Assembly (NCBI GenBank): GCA_963794715.1
Contig: CAWCEY010000009.1
Location: 94,385 to 158,384, forward strand
Reading direction: 5' to 3'
Length of the DNA stretch: 64,000 bases
From: an uncultured Solirubrobacterales bacterium
GTDB taxonomy: Bacteria; Actinomycetota; Thermoleophilia; Solirubrobacterales; Solirubrobacteraceae
Positions 1 through 8,411 of this stretch are shown in pieces; the stretch's first letter is position 1; each line of letters begins with the position of its first letter. The notes beneath the pieces were generated by a model. That model had not been told where the DNA came from. It saw only the letters and a list, made by a program, of their open reading frames with translations, and made no database searches. The translations under genes were made by a program, and so were the position numbers.

Positions 1-228
1 ACCCTCCCGGAAGCACCCAACGCCGCCGTCGTGCAGCTGCGCTCGACGATCGGCCCCCTGCATCTCACCTACTACGAACACATCCGCGGCAAGTACCGCC
101 CCTACCACCCCCGCGGCATCGTGCTGCCCCGCACCTGCCCCCACGGCGGCTTCCCCTTCGCCGCCTCGTTTTCCTTCGAAGACGGCACCCACACCCGCGC
201 ACACACCATCGTGCCCTGTCCGCGGTAG
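1..228 (+). CDS. C-terminal part of a hypothetical, probably secreted protein (runs off the window start)
   Basis: Frame is open from base 1 (TLPEAPNAAVVQLRSTIG...CPHGGFPFAASFSFEDG...VPCPR*). It loosely resembles the end of the repeat unit of 12506..15442. Confidence 0.55.
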   Translation, partial: TLPEAPNAAVVQLRSTIGPLHLTYYEHIRGKYRPYHPRGIVLPRTCPHGGFPFAASFSFEDGTHTRAHTIVPCPR

Positions 229-300
229 GGGCCGCCGCGCCGCGCCCAAAGCGTGTTGAATGTGCCTGCGCTCGCGCCGGCGGCAGACGAGGAGAACGCA

Positions 301-1302
301 ATGAATGCAGTCCAGATCGTAGATCTCACGGGCCCCACCAGCGCCCTGCGCCTGGTCGATCTCCCCATGCCCCAGTCACCCCCGTCGCATATGTTCACGC
401 CCGGGGAGGGCGTGGTAATCGACGTGCACGCGGCCGGCGTCTCCTTCCCCGAGGTGCTGCAGACGCGCGGCGAGTACCAGTACAAACCGCCGCTGCCGTT
501 CGTCCCGGGCGGCGAGGTCTCCGGGGTCGTGCGCGAGGCCAGCGGGCAGGCGCTGCAGTTCGGCGTGCGCCCCGGCCAGCGCGTGGCCGGCTTCTGCATG
601 ACCGGCGGCTTCGCCGAGGCCGCCGTGGCGCCCCCGTTCCTCACCTTCGCGTTGCCGGAGGCGCTGGACTTCGCGGAGGGCGCCAGCTTGATCCTCAACT
701 ACCACACCGCGTACTTCGCGTTGGCTTTGCGCGGGCGGCTGAAAGCGGGCGAGAGCGTGCTCGTGCACGGCGCCGCCGGCGGCGTCGGCACGGCCGCGTT
801 GCAGGTCGCGGCCGGCCTCGGGGCACGCACGATCGCCGTCGTTTCAAGCGAGCAGAAGGCGCTGGTGGCGCGCGAGGCGGGGGCGAACGAGGTGCTGCGC
901 CTCGATGGCTCGTGGCGGGAGGAGGCCAAGGAGCTCACCGGCGGCGGCGTCGATGTGGTGCTCGACCCGGTCGGCGGCGATCGCTTCACCGACAGCCTGC
1001 GCTCGCTGCGCGCCGACGGCCGGCTGGTGGTCGTCGGGTTCACCGGCGGCTCGATCCCCGAGGTGCGGGTCAACCGGCTGCTGCTCGGCAACGTCGAGGT
1101 GGTCGGCGCCGGCTGGGGCGCCTACGCGCTCACCCGCCCCGAGCTCTGCCGCGAGATCGGCACGCGTCTGGAGCAGATGATCGAAAGCGGCGTCGTGCGC
1201 CCGCTCGTCGGCGCCCGCTTCCCGCTGGAGCGGGCCGCCGACGCGCTCCGGGAGATCGACGAGCGGCGCGCCACCGGCAAGGTCGTGCTCGAGGTGCGGT
1301 GA
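301..1302 (+). CDS. NADPH:quinone oxidoreductase family (MDR, zeta-crystallin-like)
   Basis: VHAAGVSFPE, VPGGEVSGVV, and GAAGGVG NADPH motif. Start at ATG 301 preferred over 253. Confidence 0.9.
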   Translation: MNAVQIVDLTGPTSALRLVDLPMPQSPPSHMFTPGEGVVIDVHAAGVSFPEVLQTRGEYQYKPPLPFVPGGEVSGVVREASGQALQFGVRPGQRVAGFCMTGGFAEAAVAPPFLTFALPEALDFAEGASLILNYHTAYFALALRGRLKAGESVLVHGAAGGVGTAALQVAAGLGARTIAVVSSEQKALVAREAGANEVLRLDGSWREEAKELTGGGVDVVLDPVGGDRFTDSLRSLRADGRLVVVGFTGGSIPEVRVNRLLLGNVEVVGAGWGAYALTRPELCREIGTRLEQMIESGVVRPLVGARFPLERAADALREIDERRATGKVVLEVR

Positions 1303-2621
1303 TGGATTTCGAGCACTCTCCCCGCGCGCGCGAGCTGCTGGAGCGCCTCGACGCGTTCATCGAGCGCGAGATCCTCCCCCGCGAGGAGCCCTATCACCGC
1401 GAGATCCTCGCGCGTTCTGACCCGTGGATCGTGCACCCGGCGATCGAGGAGCTGAAGGGCAAGGCCCGGGAGGAGGGCCTGTGGAACCTGTTTCTGCCGG
1501 GCAGCCCCGTGGTCGGCGGGCAGGTCCAGGGCGCGGGGCTCTCCAACGTCGAGTACGCTCCGCTGGCCGAGCGCATGGGCCGCTCGCTGATCGCAAGCGA
1601 AGTATGCAACTGCAACGCGCCCGACACCGGCAACATGGAGGTGCTGCTGCACTTCGGCTCCCCCGAGCAGCACGAGTGCTGGCTTGTGCCACTGCTCGCC
1701 GGTGAGATCCGCTCGGCCTTCTGCATGACCGAGCCCGACGTCGCCTCCGCCGATGCCACCAACATGCAGGCCACGGCCGCGCTCGATGGCGATGAGGTCG
1801 TGCTCAACGGGCGCAAGTGGTGGAGCACCGGCGTCGGGCACCCCAACTGCAAGGTGGCGATCTTCATGGGGCTCACAGACCCCACGGCCGACCGTTACCA
1901 CCAGCACTCGATGGTGCTCGTCCCGCTCGACACCCCCGGGGTGAAGGTCGAACGGATGCTCTCCACGATGGGCTTCGACGACGCCCCCGGCGGGCACGGC
2001 GATGTCTCCTTCACCGACGTGCGCCTGCCCGTCAGCGCGATCGTCGGTGGGCCCGGGCAGGCGTTCGCGATCGCCCAGGCGCGCCTCGGCCCCGGGCGCG
2101 TACACCACTGCATGCGCCTGATCGGGCTCGCCGAGCTGGCGCTGGAGCTCGCCTGCCGTCGTGCCACCGAGCGGGTCGCGTTTGGCAAGCCGCTCGCCAA
2201 CCTCGGCGGCAACCGCGAGCGGATCGCCGACGCGCGGATCGCGATCGACCAGGCGCGCCTGCACGTGCTGCACGCCGCGTGGTTGATCGACCAAGCCGCC
2301 AAGCCCTCCCTCCCCTCGGGGGCCACCGGCTCGCCCGGAGGGGGCGCCAGCTCGGGAGGGAGCGCCGGAGGGGGTGAGTGGCTGGGGGCCATCTCGCAGA
2401 TCAAGGTAGCGGTGCCCAATATGGCCCAGCGCGTGGTGGACATGGCGATGCAGCTGCACGGCGGCGCCGGCCTCAGCGACGACTTCCCGCTCGGCGCCGC
2501 GTGGACCGTGGCCCGCGCACTGCGCATCGCCGACGGCCCCGATGAGGTCCACCGCGGGGTGATCGCGCGGCTGGAGCTCGCCCGCTACGGGCAGGGAAAG
2601 TGGGGCGGCGCGAGCTCCTGA
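1302..2621 (+). CDS. Acyl-CoA dehydrogenase (ACAD10/11-like)
   Basis: TGATG coupling at 1300-1304; motifs CNAPDTGNME, FCMTEPDVASADA, LGPGRVHHCMR, RIADGPDEVH. Confidence 0.93.
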   Translation: MDFEHSPRARELLERLDAFIEREILPREEPYHREILARSDPWIVHPAIEELKGKAREEGLWNLFLPGSPVVGGQVQGAGLSNVEYAPLAERMGRSLIASEVCNCNAPDTGNMEVLLHFGSPEQHECWLVPLLAGEIRSAFCMTEPDVASADATNMQATAALDGDEVVLNGRKWWSTGVGHPNCKVAIFMGLTDPTADRYHQHSMVLVPLDTPGVKVERMLSTMGFDDAPGGHGDVSFTDVRLPVSAIVGGPGQAFAIAQARLGPGRVHHCMRLIGLAELALELACRRATERVAFGKPLANLGGNRERIADARIAIDQARLHVLHAAWLIDQAAKPSLPSGATGSPGGGASSGGSAGGGEWLGAISQIKVAVPNMAQRVVDMAMQLHGGAGLSDDFPLGAAWTVARALRIADGPDEVHRGVIARLELARYGQGKWGGASS

Positions 2622-2696
2622 GGCCAACATCAAGCGGACGGAGCGACCGGTGGAGTCGTCAAATCCTCCGCCGCCGCTCGCGCCATCCTTTCTGCG

Positions 2697-3407
2697 GTGT
2701 CGCCCGACGGCGCAGATGACAGCTCCGGCCCCGGGGGCGCGCGCGCGGCGGGCGCCCGCTCCTCGGAGCACCGCTACGGCATCGTGCTCGCGCTCACGAT
2801 CCTCGCCGTGCTCTTTTCGATCCTCGCGCCCGACACCCCCTTCGGCCGCGCCGTCGCGGTGGTGCTCCAGGGCGCGATGCTGTTTGCGGTGATCGTCACC
2901 GCGCGCGAGGGCGGGCAGGATCTGGCCGCGCGCCGGCTGGCCGCGGCGCTGACGGTGGCGGTGATCCTCGGCCTGGCCGTGCTGGTCGGGTTGAACGTCG
3001 TTCCGCGGTGGGTCGGCGCAATCGCCACCGCCGGCGCGGTGATGGCGGTGCTGGTCGTGCTCACGCGCGGGATCGTGCGACTGATCCGTGAGCGTGGTGT
3101 GACCGTGCAGGCAGTCGCGGGCGCGCTCACCACCTACCTGCTGATCGGCCTGGAGTTCGCGCTCGTGGCGCGCGTGATAGTGAGTATCGGCCCCCACCAG
3201 TACTTCGAGCAGGTCACCAACGCCGCGGTCACGCAGAGCCAGGAGATCTACTTCAGCTTCACCACGCTCACCACCACCGGTTATGGAGATCTCACGCCTC
3301 TCCTCAGCATCGGGCGCGCGCTTTCGGTGCTGGAGATGCTCGTCGGCCAGATCTACCTCGTGACCGTGATCGGGTTGCTCGTCGGCAACCTCCGCCGCAG
3401 CCCCTGA
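2697..3407 (+). CDS. Potassium channel family protein (several TM helices plus pore loop)
   Basis: YFSFTTLTTTGYGDLTP selectivity-filter signature; hydrophobic helices. Confidence 0.85.
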   Translation: MSPDGADDSSGPGGARAAGARSSEHRYGIVLALTILAVLFSILAPDTPFGRAVAVVLQGAMLFAVIVTAREGGQDLAARRLAAALTVAVILGLAVLVGLNVVPRWVGAIATAGAVMAVLVVLTRGIVRLIRERGVTVQAVAGALTTYLLIGLEFALVARVIVSIGPHQYFEQVTNAAVTQSQEIYFSFTTLTTTGYGDLTPLLSIGRALSVLEMLVGQIYLVTVIGLLVGNLRRSP

Positions 3408-3423
3408 TCGTCGGTCGGGGTCC

Positions 3424-3596
3424 GGGTTGTGTATGAAACTTTTCAGGCCCAACCCTTCATTTTGTAAAGCGAGGGCATGGGCTTGATGTCTTCTTTTTCG
3501 ACCCCCAACCCTTCATTTTGTGAAGCAAGGGCATGGGCTTGATGTCTTCGTTTTGGACCCCAACCCTTCATTTTGTAAAGGGTTGGGGTCCAAAAA
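3424..3596. repeat. AT-rich composite repeat: three units at 55-56 bp spacing, ending in a hairpin
   Basis: CCCAACCCTTCATTTTGT(A/G)AAG recurs at 3448, 3504 and 3559. Terminal inverted repeat TTTTGGACCCCAACCCTT...AAGGGTTGGGGTCCAAAA. Confidence 0.85.
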
Positions 3597-3686
3597 GAGA
3601 GATATGTCACCGCTCGCACTCCGTCGGCCACTCGTTGGCGCCGGCGTCGTTGCTCGGCCGTTCGTTGGCGACAGGGTCGTTGCTGT

Positions 3687-4517
3687 ATGGTCGCGCCCGT
3701 GAGCCCACCACTCATCGCGTTGATCACCGGCGCCTCCAGCGGGATCGGCGAGGCGACCGCGCGGCGACTGGCACGGGAGCCCGGCGCGCGGCTGGTGCTG
3801 GTGGCGCGCCGCGAGGAGCGCCTGCGCGCGCTCGCCGCCACGCTGCCCGCCGAGTGCAGCACGCTCGCGCTCGACCTCACCGACGAGGACGCGCCCGCGC
3901 GCGTGCTGGCGCATGTGCGCGAGCAGTACGGAGGGCGCCTGACCATGCTCGTGAACAACGCCGGCGCGGCCTGGCGCGCGCCCTTCGGGGAGGGAGGCTA
4001 CGACAACGTGCGCCAGACGATGACGCTCAACTTCGATGCGCCCGTGCGCCTCACCGAGGCGCTGCTGCCGCTGCTGCGCGAGAGCGCGCCGAGCGCGATC
4101 GTCAACGTCTCTAGTACCGCCGCGCGGGTGACGCGTCCCGGCACCGGCGCCTACTCGGCGAGCAAGTTCGCGCTCACCGGCTGGAGCGACGCGCTGTATG
4201 CCGAGGAGCACGCCCACGGCGTCCACGTCGGCACGGTGTTCCCCGGGTTCGTCGCCACCGAGGGCTTCCCCGCCCGCGAGCTGCTCGCGCGCCCGCAAAC
4301 GGCCTGGATCGTCTCCACGCCCGACCGGGTCGCCGAGGCGATCGTGGAGGTCGGCCTCGGGCGCCGCGCGGAGCGCTACGTGCCGCGCCCCTACTTCCTG
4401 GCGGCGGTCGCGCGGCTGCTGCTCCCCGGGCTCGTGCGCCGCACGCTCACGCGCGGCAGCGCCGCGGTCCTCACCACTACAACCGGGGCTGAAGCGGAGG
4501 CTCGGAGCAGCCCATAG
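3687..4517 (+). CDS. Short-chain dehydrogenase/reductase
   Basis: ITGASSGIG, NNAG, and YSASK catalytic motif. Confidence 0.93.
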   Translation: MVAPVSPPLIALITGASSGIGEATARRLAREPGARLVLVARREERLRALAATLPAECSTLALDLTDEDAPARVLAHVREQYGGRLTMLVNNAGAAWRAPFGEGGYDNVRQTMTLNFDAPVRLTEALLPLLRESAPSAIVNVSSTAARVTRPGTGAYSASKFALTGWSDALYAEEHAHGVHVGTVFPGFVATEGFPARELLARPQTAWIVSTPDRVAEAIVEVGLGRRAERYVPRPYFLAAVARLLLPGLVRRTLTRGSAAVLTTTTGAEAEARSSP

Positions 4518-4708
4518 CCGGAGGCTCGGAACAGCCCATAGCCGGAGGCTCGGAACAGCCCATAGCCGGAGGCTCGGAACAGCCCATAGCCGGAGGCTCG
4601 GAACAGCCCATAGCCGGAGGCTCGGAACAGCCCATAGCCGGAGGCTCGGAACAGCCCATAGCCGGAGGCTCGGAACAGCCCATAGCCGGAGGCTCGGAAC
4701 AGCCCATA
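4493..4708. repeat. 24-bp tandem repeat GCCGGAGGCTCGGAACAGCCCATA: 8 perfect copies plus 1 degenerate
   Basis: Units start at 4517, 4541 ... 4685 with no spacers. The degenerate copy at 4493-4516 supplies the SDR stop codon. Confidence 0.97.
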
Positions 4709-5025
4709 GGCGTACGCTCAGGCAATGAGACGGCGTGCGGCCCAGGCAGCCCGGGGACGAACGCTCGGCCAGCGAGCTGCCGGGCAGCTCGTGCCAACCT
4801 CTCGACCGTCCGATGAGCCGAACACAGGCCGCGCAGGTTTCTCGGCTTGGCGCACGAATAAAGAAGCGGATCGCGAGAGATAACTGTCGAATAACGATCT
4901 GCCCGCCCGGGTAGAGGAAGTTCTCGGGTAGAGCAACTTATGGGCCTCCGATGGGCTCCAACAGGGGCGCACCGCCGTGTACAGGGTGGACGAACGTGCC
5001 CGTCGAGCCACTCCGCCAGGAATAA

Positions 5026-5054
5026 TTGACAACGCAACTATTGTGCCCTATAAT
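5026..5054 (+). promoter_or_regulatory. Perfect sigma-70 consensus promoter TTGACA-N17-TATAAT
   Basis: TTGACA 5026-5031, TATAAT 5049-5054. An ACAA-N8-TTGT inverted repeat overlaps the -35 and spacer. Confidence 0.85.
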
Positions 5055-5127
5055 TCCGACTCCAGACATAGGAGTTCAGGAAGGTGGCTCGATAGGGCCG
5101 CCCCTTTCAAGCCGAAAGATCAGTCCC

Positions 5128-6123
5128 ATGACAGACGATAAGCGCCAGATCACCACACTAGACACTTTGGAGGCCGCGGACGCCCCCAACGGCACGCCGC
5201 GGACGCCGGTTGCCCTCGATTCGCCCTTCGCCGAGACCTCCCCCGAGCGCGCCGCGAGCGCCCGTCGCCGCCGTCCGGTGGCGGCCGCCGAGCCGGAAAG
5301 CTTCATCCCCGAGTCGGTCGACCAGCTGCTCGCGCATTCGCGCCGCTACCCCCTGCTCACGCCCGACCAGGAGATCGAACTGGCGCAGCGGATCGAGCGC
5401 GGGGACCTGCGCGCGAAGGAACTGATGATCAACTCCAACCTGCGCCTGGTCGCCTCCAACGCCCGTCGCTACCAGAACCAGGGTTTGCCGCTCGCCGACC
5501 TCGTGCAGGAGGGGATGCTCGGCCTGATCCGCGCCAGCGAGAAGTTCGACTGGCGCAAGGGCTTCCGCTTCTCCACCTACGCCACGCTGTGGATCCGCCA
5601 GGCGATCCAGCGGGGCCTGGAGAACTCCGGGCGCACGATCCGCCTGCCGGTGCACGTCGCCCAGCGCACCCGCAAGGTGGGCCGCGTCGAGCGCGAGCTC
5701 TCGGTGCGCCTGGGGCGCGAGCCGACCTCCGAGGAGATCGCCCTGGAGACCGGGTTGGAGCTCGAGCAGGTCGAGGAAGTGCGCCACCAGCGCGCCGCGC
5801 TCGTCAGCCTCGACCAGCAGGTGGGCGAGGACGGCGACACCGCGCTCGGGGACCTGCTGCCCTCCGACCAAGAGCCGCCCGAGGAGACCGCCTACGAGAA
5901 CGAGCGCGAGCGCCTCGTGCAGCTCGCGATCTCGCAGCTGCCCGAAACCGAGCGTACCGTGCTGACGCTGCGCTTCGGCACCGGTCACGAGGCGCCGCAG
6001 ACGCTCACCGCGATCGGCAAGCGCCTCGGCTTCTCCGCGGAGCGGGCCTCGCAGCTGGAGCAGCGCGCGCTGAAGAAGCTCGCGGAGTCGCCGGAGTTGG
6101 CGGCTTTGCGCGAGGCAGCCTGA
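5128..6123 (+). CDS. Sigma-70 family RNA polymerase sigma factor, group-2-like (no region 1.1)
   Basis: Region 2 NLRLV...DLVQEGMLGLIRASEKFDWRKGFRFSTYATLWIRQAI; region 4 HTH. Start at ATG 5128 preferred. Confidence 0.93.
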   Translation: MTDDKRQITTLDTLEAADAPNGTPRTPVALDSPFAETSPERAASARRRRPVAAAEPESFIPESVDQLLAHSRRYPLLTPDQEIELAQRIERGDLRAKELMINSNLRLVASNARRYQNQGLPLADLVQEGMLGLIRASEKFDWRKGFRFSTYATLWIRQAIQRGLENSGRTIRLPVHVAQRTRKVGRVERELSVRLGREPTSEEIALETGLELEQVEEVRHQRAALVSLDQQVGEDGDTALGDLLPSDQEPPEETAYENERERLVQLAISQLPETERTVLTLRFGTGHEAPQTLTAIGKRLGFSAERASQLEQRALKKLAESPELAALREAA

Positions 6124-6169
6124 GCCGCGCGCAGCGGTCTGCCGACGGGCCGCGTAAGATCTGAGCCGT

Positions 6170-6943
6170 ATGTGGGATCGTGTCGTCCAATGGACGATCG
6201 CCGTAGGTGAATGGATTCTGGCCCCGGTCGAGCGCTTCATCGGCAAACGCTCGCTGGTGGGCGACGCGACGTTCTTCCCGCTGGAGCGCTTTCCCTGGGT
6301 GGAGCACATCGAGCGCAACTGGGAGGTGATCCGCGACGAGGCCGCCGCGCTGCTCGACGACCACGAGGCGCTGGCCAACTTCCAGGACATCTCCAAGGAC
6401 CAGATCGAGATCACCGACGACGACCGCTGGAAGACGTTCTTCCTGTACGGGTACGGCTTCGAGGCGAAGCTGGGGGTGGAGATGTGCCCGCGCACGGCCG
6501 CGCTGATGCGCGAGATACCCGGGATGAAGACGGCGATGATCTCGATCCTCTCGCCGCGCAAGCACATCCTCGACCACCGCGGCCCCTACAAGGGCGTGCT
6601 GCGCTACCACCTTGGGCTGATCGTGCCCCAGGATGCCGAGTCCTGCAGGATCCGCGTCGGCGATGACATTCGCCACTGGGAGGAGGGCAGGAGCATGGTC
6701 TTCGACGACACCTTCAACCACGAGGTGTGGAACGACACCGACGAGACGCGCGTGGTGCTGTTCGTGGACGTGATGCGGCCCCTCCCCTTCCCCGAGTCGG
6801 CGATCAACGAGGGGATCGTCAAAGCGATCGGCTACTCCCCGTTCGTGCTGGACGCCAAGCGCAACCAGGAAGCCTGGGAACGGCGGTATCGGGAGCGCAA
6901 GCCTCAGGCTCAGACGTTGGACACTTCCAGGCCCGTGCCCTGA
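6170..6943 (+). CDS. Aspartyl/asparaginyl beta-hydroxylase domain protein (2OG-Fe oxygenase, LpxO/AspH-like)
   Basis: HRGPYKGVLRYHLGL and FDDTFNHEVWN motifs. Confidence 0.85.
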   Translation: MWDRVVQWTIAVGEWILAPVERFIGKRSLVGDATFFPLERFPWVEHIERNWEVIRDEAAALLDDHEALANFQDISKDQIEITDDDRWKTFFLYGYGFEAKLGVEMCPRTAALMREIPGMKTAMISILSPRKHILDHRGPYKGVLRYHLGLIVPQDAESCRIRVGDDIRHWEEGRSMVFDDTFNHEVWNDTDETRVVLFVDVMRPLPFPESAINEGIVKAIGYSPFVLDAKRNQEAWERRYRERKPQAQTLDTSRPVP

Positions 6944-7686
6944 AGCCAGCTGTTGGCCTGGGCATTGAGCGCCGTGAACTCGCCGGTGACAATCAGCAGC
7001 CCCAGCGCGATCATCACCAACCCGCCGACGCCGACGATCACCGAGAAATGGCGCTTGACGATCGCCAGTGCGCCGGTGGCGCGCTCGAACGCGAGCGCGA
7101 TCGCGAGGAATGGGATCGCGAGACCCAGCGAGTAAAAGGCGAGCAGCAGCGCCCCATGGGCGGCGGAGTTCGACACCGCCGCCTGTGTGAGGATCGCCCC
7201 CAGTGTGATGCTCGTGCACGGCGTCCACGCGATCGCGAACGCCGCCCCCGCCACCAGCGGCCCGCCGCGGCCTGCCAGGCGCTGTAGCGACTCCGAGTGC
7301 CACTGGAAGTTGAGCGCGTCCACGAACGGCGTGGCGAGGAACACCACCCCCATCGCGATGATCAGCACGCCTCCGACCGTGCGCAGCGTGACGATGTGAT
7401 CGGTCAGCACCGAGCCGATCTGCGTGGCTGTCAGGCCCAGCAGGATGAAGATCAACGAGAAGCTTGCGATGAACAGCAGGCTCGGGCCGAGTACCCGGCG
7501 CGCCCCGGTGTGCTTGATATCCGCCGGCGCCACCCCGATCACGGTCGAGAGGTAACCCGGCACCAGCGGCAGCACGCAGGGCGAGAGGAACGACACCAGC
7601 CCGGCCGCGAGCGCCAGGGGGATGCCCACCCCGGTGGCCGTGTCGCCGGTTGCGCTGGTCGTCGCGGCGAGGATCGCGGCCGTCAT
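6910..7686 (-). CDS. ccdA: Cytochrome c biogenesis protein CcdA
   Basis: AGLVSFLSPCVLPLVPGY and AWTPC motifs; six TM segments. Confidence 0.9.
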   Translation of the reverse strand: MTAAILAATTSATGDTATGVGIPLALAAGLVSFLSPCVLPLVPGYLSTVIGVAPADIKHTGARRVLGPSLLFIASFSLIFILLGLTATQIGSVLTDHIVTLRTVGGVLIIAMGVVFLATPFVDALNFQWHSESLQRLAGRGGPLVAGAAFAIAWTPCTSITLGAILTQAAVSNSAAHGALLLAFYSLGLAIPFLAIALAFERATGALAIVKRHFSVIVGVGGLVMIALGLLIVTGEFTALNAQANSWLQGTGLEVSNV

Positions 7687-8291
7687 GTGGCCGCCCGCAG
7701 TTCAGCCACTTCTCGCTCCAGCCGCGCCACGCGCTCCTCCAGCCCGTCCACCGCGCGCGGGACCGGCGTCGGTGTCGACATCGGCGATGGCGCAGCCGCA
7801 TCGGAAACCTCGGCCTCCTCCCCCAGCAGCTGGACGTAGCGCTCCTCCTTCTGGCCGGGCCGGCGCTCCAACACGGCGACCAGCCCGCGGCCGATCAGCC
7901 GCTCGATCGTCTCGTGCACGCCGTCGAGGTCGGCGAAGGCGTGCATCCGCTCGGTGCGCTGCTTGAGCTCCCCCGGGGTCTGCGGGCCGCGCAGCATCAG
8001 CACGCACATCACCGCCTGCTCGTCCTCGCCCATCGGCAGCGCCTCCGCCAGCAGGTGGCGGAACTTCGGCGCGCGGGCGCCGCTGGCCAGGCGTGTGTAT
8101 CCGCGGCGCTGAAGGCGATGCAGGGCATCGCGCAGCACCTCGTCGTCGTACATCACCACCGGGTCGCGGTTGGTGGACTGGTTGCACGCCAGCCGCAGCG
8201 AGTTGAGGCTCAGCGGGTACACGTCCGGTGTTGTGCGCTGCTTTTCCAGCAAGCAGCCCAGCACGCGGATCTCCGACGGAGAGAGGTTCAT
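7683..8291 (-). CDS. DUF480 (YceH/UPF0502) protein
   Basis: EIRVLGCLLEKQRTTPDVYPLSLNSLRLACNQSTNRDPV; LMLRGPQTPGEL. Confidence 0.9.
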   Translation of the reverse strand: MNLSPSEIRVLGCLLEKQRTTPDVYPLSLNSLRLACNQSTNRDPVVMYDDEVLRDALHRLQRRGYTRLASGARAPKFRHLLAEALPMGEDEQAVMCVLMLRGPQTPGELKQRTERMHAFADLDGVHETIERLIGRGLVAVLERRPGQKEERYVQLLGEEAEVSDAAAPSPMSTPTPVPRAVDGLEERVARLEREVAELRAAT

Positions 8292-8411
8292 GGCCTCAAT
8301 CGTATGACGCAGCGCCTTTGGCCGCGCGACCCAGCTACTATACTGAGAAAATCCGTAAAACACTGACCATACGCGCACAAAACCTGGACTTCAAGTCAGA
8401 TCGACACCGCT

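Noticed and set aside
1122-3452. 776-aa minus-strand ORF
   Set aside because: Antisense shadow of the acyl-CoA dehydrogenase and K+ channel genes, typical of high-GC DNA.
3448-3596. CRISPR-like repeats
   Set aside because: The inter-repeat segments are themselves near-identical, not unique spacers.
4493-4708. Possible CRISPR array
   Set aside because: Units are contiguous and identical with no unique spacers, and there are no cas genes; it is a VNTR.
4477-5037. ORF encoding (MGCSEPPA)n
   Set aside because: Open frame is explained by the repeat; no RBS or recognisable domain.
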